DNA of 64,000 bases, taken from contig JBPOHN010000035.1 in assembly GCA_052035525.1 (NCBI GenBank), forward strand, positions 7,135-71,134, in the 5' to 3' direction. The notes under the pieces are model-generated. The model was not told the origin of the DNA and searched no databases. It was given only the letters and a program-made list of their open reading frames with translations. A program made the translations under genes and the position numbers. Source of the DNA: Armatimonadota bacterium. GTDB lineage: Bacteria > Armatimonadota > UBA5829. This document shows positions 8,560 through 16,977 of the stretch, one piece after another (the first letter of the stretch is position 1; each line of letters opens with the position of its first letter).

Positions 8560-10719
8560 CTATTGCTGCTTGTCGAACCTCGCACTCGCGTGTTTGGACC
8601 AATCAACCTCGAACGATCCGTCGGCTAGCTGCCTCGGCAAGGCCTTTTCGCCGATGTACGAGGCTTTCCACTTACCTCGGGGCAGGCGGATGATCGATGG
8701 CCGCTCCGAACGCACGGAGTTGCTGACCTCGATGGCGTTTCGTGTTGCCCGCAGCGTCAGCACGTTACCGTGGTGGCCGATGCGGTCGATCGCTAGCTCC
8801 GGCCAGTCCGAAGGCAGCTTGGGATCGAGCGCGAAGCCGTCCGATAGCGGCCGGAAACCGAGAAAACCGTCCAGCATCACGGTCGGTACCAGCACGCTCT
8901 CGGAGAACTCCATGTCGAGCCCCAGTCCGCCTGCAGTGCCTCCGCCCTGCAGAGAGCCCTCGCGCGAGCCGTCATAGTATTTGCGGTAACCGCCCGCAGC
9001 CTGCACCTCGTCGAACCAGGCCAGGATCTCCTTCAAGCGCGCCCATGCGTTGTCCGGCCCTAGGACCGCCAGCCGGGCCATGATGTCGTGGTAGGAGAAC
9101 CCCAGCACAGCACCGCCGTCCTGCACCTGACCGCCCCAGGGAATTGTCTCCGGTCCAGACCACACCCAGAAGTAGAACTCCACGTTGCGTTTGACGGTCG
9201 CACGAGGAGCAAAGCGCCAGTGGTAGATGTCCTTGCCCTGCGAAGTATCGCCCTCGACGATGCGGTCGCCGTTGATCCAGCTCATAATCGTTTTCGCGTG
9301 CTCGGGAGTGGCGAAGTCGTAGTAAATCGCCTCCAGGTTCAGGAAAGTGAACCCGTAGTCGTGGGTCTTCTCATCGGCGTCGATGCCGGGTATGAACCTG
9401 CCCGATTTGGCGTCCCAGAAAAGCTTGTTACTCACGGCTTTCACTTCGGCGGCGTGCTTGGTGAGCATCGCGGGATCGAATGCGGACTCACTGACGGGCA
9501 CGTTCCACTCCGGGTGCTCGCGGATGGCCTGCTCCACGCGCGCCATGCAGTGCAGAGCGTTGTAGTAGAGCATCGTGGCGTAGAAGTCCTTGTTGCCGAA
9601 CGGGAGCAGGTCCCAGTAGTTGTCGCCGATGCCGTGGCCGGAGAAAACCTGCCTGTTTCCATCCTTGTCGAACCCGATCCCACTGCGGCCGTCATGCCCG
9701 ACCCAGGTGTTGTAGACATACTTACGGTTGAGCGTATCGAACTCGGACATCGTGTAGCGCAGCGCGGTACGCATGCGGTTGATGTTGCGCCGCAGGAAGT
9801 TGATGTCGCGGGTCCACTCGAAGTAGGTCACGCAGCCGCGGATGAAGCACTGGCCGTTGATGTCGTGGCGGGTGTCGTATTGCGTGAAGAACGCCTGGAT
9901 GATGACCTCCGCGCCGGGGCTTGCGTTGCCGAAGCCGATGCGCATCTGCGTGATCTCGCCGGTCCACTTAGGGTGTTTGTAGACCGGGACGGCGGTGTGG
10001 ACGTAGTGGTCGGTCGAATCAACCGGATCGAAGTAGAAGCGGCGGTCCGGGCCGAATGCCGGCTCGGCTTTTGTGGTCCATTCGACATAGGGCTGCGCGC
10101 TGCCGAGGCCATTCGCCTTCCACCTGAGCTGCAGGAACGGCGCGTTGAACGTGTCCGTGTTGTGCGGCGGGGCCGTGATATGCGCGTTCGCTGCTGTGAG
10201 CTTCAGGTTCCAGCCGTTTTCGTCGATCCCGCCGTCATCTGCGCCTGAAACGGCCCAGCCGTCGGTTGCGCTCAACTCATCCTGCCGCCAGCCGCCGCCG
10301 ACCGTGTCCTTGAACGAAAAGTGCCACCCGATCCCGCCCGTGCCCTGGTTCCAGAACGGAAACGGCCAGCCGAGCGGGTGCGCGATGGAGGCATGCTGGT
10401 GGACCGACACATAGCCGTCCTTGTCGATGATGCGGCTGGAGAGCACATCATCCCAGGCCTTGATCTTGCTGGCTGCCGAGTTGTCCGTCTCGACCGCGGG
10501 CGCTACACTGGGCGGCACCAGCCACTGGTCCCACAAGGTCGCCATCGGGCCACTGCGGCCATAGTGCAGCCAGTAGAGCTCCCGGACGGCCTGCATCTGC
10601 TTGTCGTACCCGGGGACCTTGAAGCGCGGGAAATCGTTGGGAATATCCATGGGATCAGCTCCTTGAGTTGGCATTGAGATGATGGCGGTCAGCGCAATCG
10701 CAGCGATGATAGAGCGCAT
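8560..10719 (-). CDS. Secreted (alpha/alpha)6 six-hairpin glycosidase-like protein
   Basis: Signal peptide present. The C-terminal half (DNYWDLLPFGNKDFYATMLYYNALHCM...) resembles six-hairpin glycoside hydrolase catalytic domains. The family is not assignable by eye. Confidence 0.45.
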   Translation of the reverse strand: MRSIIAAIALTAIISMPTQGADPMDIPNDFPRFKVPGYDKQMQAVRELYWLHYGRSGPMATLWDQWLVPPSVAPAVETDNSAASKIKAWDDVLSSRIIDKDGYVSVHQHASIAHPLGWPFPFWNQGTGGIGWHFSFKDTVGGGWRQDELSATDGWAVSGADDGGIDENGWNLKLTAANAHITAPPHNTDTFNAPFLQLRWKANGLGSAQPYVEWTTKAEPAFGPDRRFYFDPVDSTDHYVHTAVPVYKHPKWTGEITQMRIGFGNASPGAEVIIQAFFTQYDTRHDINGQCFIRGCVTYFEWTRDINFLRRNINRMRTALRYTMSEFDTLNRKYVYNTWVGHDGRSGIGFDKDGNRQVFSGHGIGDNYWDLLPFGNKDFYATMLYYNALHCMARVEQAIREHPEWNVPVSESAFDPAMLTKHAAEVKAVSNKLFWDAKSGRFIPGIDADEKTHDYGFTFLNLEAIYYDFATPEHAKTIMSWINGDRIVEGDTSQGKDIYHWRFAPRATVKRNVEFYFWVWSGPETIPWGGQVQDGGAVLGFSYHDIMARLAVLGPDNAWARLKEILAWFDEVQAAGGYRKYYDGSREGSLQGGGTAGGLGLDMEFSESVLVPTVMLDGFLGFRPLSDGFALDPKLPSDWPELAIDRIGHHGNVLTLRATRNAIEVSNSVRSERPSIIRLPRGKWKASYIGEKALPRQLADGSFEVDWSKHASARFDKQQ

Positions 10720-10728
10720 ATTCAGCTC

Positions 10729-12090
10729 CTATTTCTCGTCCGTGCCGAACAGGTTGTCCTTGATGATTACGTTCTTCTTGGCGTTGTTGACGATCTCTTT
10801 GCTCGAGTAGAACTCGTTGCCGGTGATCATCGCCGAGATAACGTTCTCGCCAATCACCATCGGGGCCTTGCCCGCGGTGCCGATGAAGACGCTGTTCGAT
10901 ATTCCGAGCCTGCCGCCGACGACGTTCATGAACTGCTCGGTCTTGGGCGTGGGGTCGATCGCATAGAACGAGCAGTTGTCGAAGGATACGCGCCCGCGGC
11001 CGTCGATGCGGATCATCTCTTCGGCCTCGATCTTGCCCGACGCGCCGAAGATGCCGCAGGAACTGAACCTGACGGGGCCGATGTTCTTCTCGCTCACGAC
11101 TATACGGCCGAAAATTTGCGAGTTGGAGAAGCTGACTCCCGAGTGGCCCTGCGTTTCCTCGACATAGAGCGCGACATCGCAGCAGTCAGCGCCGCTTTGC
11201 GTCATCAGGTAGTTGCCGGGACCGGGATCGGAGGCTTTCATGAAGTGAATGCCGGTCTTGTAGAGAATCGCAAAGCAGTTGGAGACGTATTCCCAATCGG
11301 ACCTGGCGAAGATGAAGGCAGTGCCGTTCTTGAGAACCCACTCGTCCATCTTAGGGGCCTTGCCGCCGAGGACGTGTCCGGTCCAGAACGGCCAGAAATG
11401 GATGTTTTCGAGCCGCCCGACGTCGAAGCACACGTCGATGAAGAGGCCCTTATACAGCGGCTGGCCGTAGAGATTGCGGATGAAGTGCCTGCCGGCCACG
11501 CGGGTGCCGAAATCGACGCCCTGATAGGGGTTCACGAGGAGGCAGTCGATGATGCTCGTGTTATCTGCTCCGGCGGACGCCACGCACCACGGATATGGCG
11601 TCGGCGGGCCGTCGGGTTTCTGATCGGGATAGTAGATGGTCATGCCCTTCAGCACCGAGTTCGCGTGAAGGAGGATGAACGGCGTACCGTCCGGCTTGCC
11701 CGCGCCTTCGACCGCAAGCAAGACGCTTCCGGAAAGCCAGGTCTTGTCCTCTGAACCCGCCGCCGCATCCTGAGCTTGTCGAAGGGTCGGCGAATGGCTC
11801 TTCACCTTCGTCGGGCACGGCGGAGCCGTCCAGACCCCCTCCAGAGTGACGCAGGCCGGTATGCTGAGGTGGGTCTTGATCATATAGTTGCCCACGGGCA
11901 CGCGGACGATGCCGCCGCCGTCTGCTCCGGCTTCGTCGAGCGCCTTCTGGAACGCGGCGGTATCGTCGGTGACGCCGTCGCCTTTGGCGCCGTAGTCCCT
12001 CACGTTTCTGGCGAAATCACTGGAAGCGCAGGCCGCGAGCGGAAGCAGCGCGACCAGGCAAGCCGCGATGAGTATCTTCGCAAAGCACAA
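10729..12090 (-). CDS. Secreted beta-helix enzyme (pectate-lyase superfamily), paralogue of 929..2614 without the golvesin-like tail
   Basis: Motif DYGAKGDGVTDDTAAF, and collinear similarity to 929..2614 at both protein and DNA level. It lies 9 nt upstream of the 8560..10719 gene. Confidence 0.75.
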   Translation of the reverse strand: MCFAKILIAACLVALLPLAACASSDFARNVRDYGAKGDGVTDDTAAFQKALDEAGADGGGIVRVPVGNYMIKTHLSIPACVTLEGVWTAPPCPTKVKSHSPTLRQAQDAAAGSEDKTWLSGSVLLAVEGAGKPDGTPFILLHANSVLKGMTIYYPDQKPDGPPTPYPWCVASAGADNTSIIDCLLVNPYQGVDFGTRVAGRHFIRNLYGQPLYKGLFIDVCFDVGRLENIHFWPFWTGHVLGGKAPKMDEWVLKNGTAFIFARSDWEYVSNCFAILYKTGIHFMKASDPGPGNYLMTQSGADCCDVALYVEETQGHSGVSFSNSQIFGRIVVSEKNIGPVRFSSCGIFGASGKIEAEEMIRIDGRGRVSFDNCSFYAIDPTPKTEQFMNVVGGRLGISNSVFIGTAGKAPMVIGENVISAMITGNEFYSSKEIVNNAKKNVIIKDNLFGTDEK

Positions 12091-12196
12091 TGTCTTATCC
12101 CCCTGGACGGTGGTTGGGTTGGTCCTTACGGGTACGGTTCGGCTGCGCGGGAGGAGGTTCCTTCCGCGGCAGGCTATGATATACTAGCCGTGCAAT

Positions 12197-13261
12197 ATGA
12201 CAAGAGAGGTAGCAAAGGTGAAGTCGCTGATGTACGTATCGATTTGTTCGGCAGTGGTCAGCCTGCTCTGCGCGCCCGCGTCGTCGGGCCGGACGATGAA
12301 GATAGAGGGCGAAAGTCTTGTGCTTGCGGGGCGGGAGGCCGGAAACCTGATGTTCGCGGATATCGTGCCGGGAAGCATATCCATCAGGAGCACATACGAG
12401 CCCGGCAAGGACACGATTGTGTATGAACAGGGCCGTGACTACGTGGTCAACTACGCCCAGGGCACAATCGCCAGATCGCCCGCGTCGCGTATGCCCGATT
12501 ACTCCAAGAGCATCCTCTACGGCCAGAAGAATTTTGACCACGGCCAGTTCCCCGGCTTCACGAACAACGGGTTTTTCGTGTGGGTGGACTATCAGACGCG
12601 GTCGGGATCGCCTCTGACGACCCCGACCGACCAATCCGCACTACTGCGGAAAACGCGCAAGAAGCTCAGCGCCGGCGGCCCGTTCAAGCTCATCGCCTTC
12701 GGGGACAGCATAGCCGCTGGAGGAGAGGCGTCAACCGAGGACCTGCGTTTCCAGAACCGCTACGGCGCCTATCTGCAGAAGCGGTTTCCGAAGGCACAGA
12801 TTACCGTCGAGTGCGGTGCGACGGGCGGTGACACCACGGCAAACGGCCTCGCAAGGCTGGAAGAGAAGGTGCTTACGCGAAAGCCGGACCTGGCACTGGT
12901 CGCGTTCGGCATGAACGACCACAACGTGCCGCCGTATGGCGTTTCCCTGGAGTCCTTCGAGGCGAATCTGAAGCAGATGATCGATGCCATACGACAGCGA
13001 ACCGGGGCTGAGATCATCCTGCTCTCCACATTCCCGCCGAACCCTGAGTGGCGGTTCGGGTCTCACCAGATGGACAAGTATGCGGAGGCGACGAAGCGCG
13101 TCGCGAGGGAGAGCAAGTGCGCCTACGCGGACGTCTACTCCGTATGGATGAAGGTGCTCGATCGCAAGGACCCATCCAGCCTGCTGGGCAACAACATCAA
13201 CCACCCCAACGATTTCGGCCACTGGCTGTATCTCCAGGCGCTGGAAGCAGTGGAATTCTAG
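12197..13261 (+). CDS. SGNH/GDSL hydrolase
   Basis: Blocks FGDSIAAGG, FGMNDHN and NHPNDFGH. An alternative GTG start at 12218 follows AGAGAGG. Confidence 0.75.
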   Translation: MTREVAKVKSLMYVSICSAVVSLLCAPASSGRTMKIEGESLVLAGREAGNLMFADIVPGSISIRSTYEPGKDTIVYEQGRDYVVNYAQGTIARSPASRMPDYSKSILYGQKNFDHGQFPGFTNNGFFVWVDYQTRSGSPLTTPTDQSALLRKTRKKLSAGGPFKLIAFGDSIAAGGEASTEDLRFQNRYGAYLQKRFPKAQITVECGATGGDTTANGLARLEEKVLTRKPDLALVAFGMNDHNVPPYGVSLESFEANLKQMIDAIRQRTGAEIILLSTFPPNPEWRFGSHQMDKYAEATKRVARESKCAYADVYSVWMKVLDRKDPSSLLGNNINHPNDFGHWLYLQALEAVEF

Positions 13262-13273
13262 AAGGTTCGGCCT

Positions 13274-13308
13274 GCCTGCCCGGCTAAGCGATATTGTACC
13301 GGGCAGGC
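13274..13308 (+). terminator. Stem-loop after the SGNH gene
   Basis: GCCTGCCCGG-N15-CCGGGCAGGC followed by GTCTTGTGG. The T-tract is weak. Confidence 0.45.
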
Positions 13309-13326
13309 GTCTTGTGGAGGCATTAG

Positions 13327-14358
13327 TTGGAAAAGAAGTTGAACGTTGTCGCGGTTATAGCTTCCGTCCTGCTTGCCGGAGGCTATATCTTGAAGCACCT
13401 GGGCTGGGGAGCCGGCGTGTACGTGCCGCTGTTCATCCTCGGAGGCGTGGCACTGCTAATCACGGCGGTCGGGGCCGCGATCCTGGGCCGCCGGGAGGGG
13501 TTGGAGGAGGCGCGGCAGGCTGCTCAGCCCCCGCCGAGGCCGACACCGGAGGAAGCTATAGCAAGAGCGGCCGAAGAGGGCGCGACCGAGTTGGACCTAT
13601 CGGCCATGGGTCTGGAGTCGCTCCCGTCCGAGCTCTTTGAACTGACGCAACTGGAGACGCTGGATCTGACCGGCAACGATCTGACCACGCTCCCGCCGGA
13701 GATTGGGGAGATCAAGAACCTCAAGGTCCTGGATCTGACCTCGAGTATGTTCAGGACACTGCCGGCTGAGATCACGAAGCTGACCGGGCTGGAGTCTCTG
13801 CTGCTGGTGGACAACCAGATGGATTCAGTGGGGCCTGAGATCGGACAGCTCGGCAAGCTCAAGGAACTATCGCTGCATCATACTGAGATCGATGCGCTGC
13901 CGGCTGAGATCGGCAACCTTAGCAATCTGGAAGACCTGGACTTGGGCCGGAATATGATCGGTTCGCTCCCGCCGGAGTTGTGGAAGCTATCGAAGGTGAC
14001 GACTCTGATGTTGGAATCGAACGAGTTTACCGAGCTGCCGGCGGGGATCAGCGGGCTCAAGAGCGTGCAGTTCCTGGGCCTCGGCGAGACGCCGCTCAAA
14101 GAGGTCCCGGCGGAGATCGGCCAGCTTGGGAATCTGGAAGAGTTGTACCTCAACGATACTGAGATCACTACGCTGCCGCCGGAGATCGGGCAGATCAAGA
14201 CGCTGAAGACGTTGTCGCTGACGGGATGCCCGCTCGTGTCGCTGCCGGAGAGCATTAAGGACCTGCCGGACCTGGAGGCGCTGTATCTCGACGCGGAGCA
14301 GGTGGAGAAGCTGGAGCCCTGGGTGAAGGAGTTGCCGAGTCTGAGTGTGCGCGACTAG
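13327..14358 (+). CDS. Membrane-anchored leucine-rich repeat protein
   Basis: Two N-terminal hydrophobic helices are followed by about 10 LRR units (LxxLxLxxNxLxxLPxEI). TTG start after GGAGG. Confidence 0.75.
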   Translation: MEKKLNVVAVIASVLLAGGYILKHLGWGAGVYVPLFILGGVALLITAVGAAILGRREGLEEARQAAQPPPRPTPEEAIARAAEEGATELDLSAMGLESLPSELFELTQLETLDLTGNDLTTLPPEIGEIKNLKVLDLTSSMFRTLPAEITKLTGLESLLLVDNQMDSVGPEIGQLGKLKELSLHHTEIDALPAEIGNLSNLEDLDLGRNMIGSLPPELWKLSKVTTLMLESNEFTELPAGISGLKSVQFLGLGETPLKEVPAEIGQLGNLEELYLNDTEITTLPPEIGQIKTLKTLSLTGCPLVSLPESIKDLPDLEALYLDAEQVEKLEPWVKELPSLSVRD

Positions 14359-14397
14359 TTGGCGGCGTCACTTAGACGCTGTCGGGCCAGCTTTATG

Positions 14398-14426
14398 TTG
14401 ACACAGATGCAGCCACGCGGTATAAA
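14398..14426 (+). promoter_or_regulatory. Sigma70-type promoter
   Basis: TTGACA, a 17-nt spacer, then TATAAA, 55 nt upstream of the 14482 start. Confidence 0.5.
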
Positions 14427-14481
14427 CAAAACAGACCCATCAGTGTTTGCATTGGTGTTCGTGTGAAAGGGGAGAACCATA

Positions 14482-15141
14482 ATGCGTGCCACATTGACTC
14501 AACTCGCCGCCGCGGCGCTGGCCATTGCCGCCATCTGCGTGTGCTTTGCCGCGCCTGCACTGGCGGAGGATACCACACCTGCGCCCACCGTGACGGTTGA
14601 CACGGTCAGCCAGCCACCTTCGGACCTGGCGTCGGAAATGCCGACATCGAGTGCTGAGCCGCGCGGCCAGAGGGACGGCCGGCTTGTTCTTGTGCCGGCG
14701 TTCAACATGTTCTATCCGAGCGATTCCAAGACCCAGGAGCGGTTCGGCGACTCGTGGCCAAGCATCGGCCTGTCCGTGGCGTGGCGCGAGAGGGGCCTGG
14801 ACCCCAAGAAGATCGAGCTTCGGCTGGATGGTATGGGATGCTCCGGCGACAAGGTCAAGGCACTCGTCTTCCCGCTCGGGATGGGCGTGAGCCAGAGGCT
14901 GAGCTCAAGCGACAACTTCGTGACCTACGCGGGCGTCTCAGCGAACTTGTACATAAGCAAGGTCGTATCCGAGCTTGACGGCGTAAACACGGGCTGGAAG
15001 CTCAGGTTCGGCCCGGGCGCGTTCCTCGGAGCGAACATCGGCGAGAGGTTCAACCTCCAGGCCAGTTACTACGTCGTCCCGAGCCTCGGCGGGTTCGGCC
15101 TGTCAGGGTTCAACCTCTCCGCGCACGTGCAGTTGTTCTAG
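14482..15141 (+). CDS. Putative outer-membrane beta-barrel protein
   Basis: Signal peptide ending in ALA-ED. Alternating hydrophobic pattern. C-terminal aromatic residue (..SAHVQLF) as in the OMP beta-signal. Confidence 0.5.
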   Translation: MRATLTQLAAAALAIAAICVCFAAPALAEDTTPAPTVTVDTVSQPPSDLASEMPTSSAEPRGQRDGRLVLVPAFNMFYPSDSKTQERFGDSWPSIGLSVAWRERGLDPKKIELRLDGMGCSGDKVKALVFPLGMGVSQRLSSSDNFVTYAGVSANLYISKVVSELDGVNTGWKLRFGPGAFLGANIGERFNLQASYYVVPSLGGFGLSGFNLSAHVQLF

Positions 15142-15147
15142 CGAATC

Positions 15148-15215
15148 GTTAGAAGGTTTTGAAGGTTAGAAGGTTGGAAGGTTAGCAAGACACATCCTTC
15201 TAACCTTCCGACCTT
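15148..15215. repeat. Octamer repeat run folding into a 16-bp hairpin between convergent genes
   Basis: A run of GTTAGAAGG TTTTGAAGG TTAGAAGG TTGGAAGG TTAG. Positions 15170-15185 pair with 15200-15215 (15/16). Confidence 0.6.
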
Positions 15216-15240
15216 GCAACATTCAGACGCCCGGCTTGAT

Positions 15241-16812
15241 CTACTTCTCCGGTTTGTCCTCTGGCTTCTTGCCCTCTATCTTGTCCTGCAGCGCCTGAGC
15301 CACCTCAAGGACCTCTTTCGGAGGGTTCAGGTCGCGTATCTTGCCGATAAGCTCCAGCGGCTCGTCCTTCTTGCCCTGATCGGCCAGGAACGATGCCAGC
15401 GCCATCAGCGCGTCGGGGGCTTTCGGCTGCTTCTCGACGAGCTTCCGATAAGCCTGTTCCGCGTGCGTCATATCGCGGCCGGCCTCATAGGTTGCCCCCA
15501 GAGCGAAGTATGCTTCCGCCAGGTCGGGGGACAGCTTCAGGGCCTCGCCTATGGCCTTCACCGCAGATAGATAGTCCTTGTTGCTCTTGTATGCCTTGCC
15601 CAGGAGCAGTTGTGCGGCGGCGCTGTTGGGCGACATCTGAGCGGCCTGCTTGGCGTAGGTAAGCGCCTTGCCGAGCGTCTTTTCATCACCGAGGTAGAAA
15701 TCGGCCAGAGCCGCAATCGGTCGCACGTCGCCGGTGTTCTCCTGCGACGCCTTCAGAAGTTCCGCTTCGGCTTCCGAGTTCCTCTTCAGCGCAACCAGCG
15801 CAAGCGCCCGGCTGGTCCGCAGCGCCGGGAGCCTCGGGTTGAGGGCGGACGCCTCATCAAAGGTCTTCAACGCCTCCTCGAACTTGCCGGACGCCAACTG
15901 GGCCTGCCCCAGCGCCAGGTGCGACTGCGCGTCCTTTGGGCGCAGCTTCACGAGCTGGGCAGCCGGCTCAAGCGCCCTTGCGGCAAGCTGCTGACCGATC
16001 AGGGAGTAGACCCTGACCTGAAGCTGGAAGGCGGCATCTGCGTCCGGGGCCTTCTGAACCGTCGCCGCGGGAGGATCGTAGAGCCCCTTGGTTTCGACTC
16101 CGAAATCACCAAGGAAACGAGCGATCTCAGGTGACATCGCGCACCTGCCGTAGACCACGTCCTCCTTGCCGCCGGTAACGCGCAGTTTGTTGATGTACAT
16201 CCCCACTACCGTGGTCTCACGGGCAAGGATCGATCCGTTAGGGATGGCGGAATCGGGAGTGATCTCGCTGATGAAGGCCCACTTATACCTGCCCATGTCC
16301 GTGACGAACACCCTGGCCGCGTTCCATTCACCTACGACGAGCTTGGACCCCTGAGATGTCTTCTCAGCCGTGACGCCGTAGACGGTGGTGGGCCACTTGT
16401 TTCCGACAAGCTCGCCGCTTGATAGCTGCCCCATGGTGCCTGTGGCGGCTTTAGCGAATTCGGATATCTGAGCAAGCGGCGCCGCCGGGAGGCCGCTCAC
16501 CGGCAGCTTGAGCAGGGCTACGTCCAGTTCCTTGTTGCTGGCCTTGACCTCGCACTGATAGGCGAGGCCTGTGTAGGGACTGATGAAGATGGGATACTTC
16601 ACCGTCTGAGTGGCGTTCGGGCCGATGGTCTCCGTGACGGATCGTGCGGTAGTCACGACCCAACTGCCGTCGCCGACGACGAAGCAGGAACTCATCCAAC
16701 TGCCCGTATCCGCGAACGCGCGCACGACGCCCGTATAATCGGCGAAGTTGGCGGCGGAAGCGCAGGCGGCGATCATCGTCAGGCATACGAGCGCAAGCAA
16801 CAGAGTTCTCAT
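15241..16812 (-). CDS. Secreted trypsin-fold (S1-like) domain fused to TPR repeats
   Basis: ATG at 16812 follows GGAGG. The N-terminal domain has DVALLKL (Asp motif) but TTARSV where TNAHV is expected. The C-terminal ~250 aa are TPR-like. Confidence 0.65.
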   Translation of the reverse strand: MRTLLLALVCLTMIAACASAANFADYTGVVRAFADTGSWMSSCFVVGDGSWVVTTARSVTETIGPNATQTVKYPIFISPYTGLAYQCEVKASNKELDVALLKLPVSGLPAAPLAQISEFAKAATGTMGQLSSGELVGNKWPTTVYGVTAEKTSQGSKLVVGEWNAARVFVTDMGRYKWAFISEITPDSAIPNGSILARETTVVGMYINKLRVTGGKEDVVYGRCAMSPEIARFLGDFGVETKGLYDPPAATVQKAPDADAAFQLQVRVYSLIGQQLAARALEPAAQLVKLRPKDAQSHLALGQAQLASGKFEEALKTFDEASALNPRLPALRTSRALALVALKRNSEAEAELLKASQENTGDVRPIAALADFYLGDEKTLGKALTYAKQAAQMSPNSAAAQLLLGKAYKSNKDYLSAVKAIGEALKLSPDLAEAYFALGATYEAGRDMTHAEQAYRKLVEKQPKAPDALMALASFLADQGKKDEPLELIGKIRDLNPPKEVLEVAQALQDKIEGKKPEDKPEK

Positions 16813-16977
16813 CGGCAGGACCTCCACTATATCAACTACATCAGTAAGGCGGCAAATGTTCCCTCAAGCCAGTGTCGGGGGGTACGGAGGCAGTATACCC
16901 ATCGGGAGTCCGGGGTGTCAAATGCGCACCAGGCAAGACTTGGCATGCAACCACGGATGGGGTACAATCCGAGTGCT

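Noticed and set aside
8156-8977. 273-aa plus-strand ORF spanning the 8.1-8.5 kb gap and running into the 8560..10719 gene; also 8091..8402 minus and 8101..8628 plus
   Set aside because: There are no motifs. It overlaps a well-supported secreted protein gene in antisense and reads through repeat and hairpin elements.
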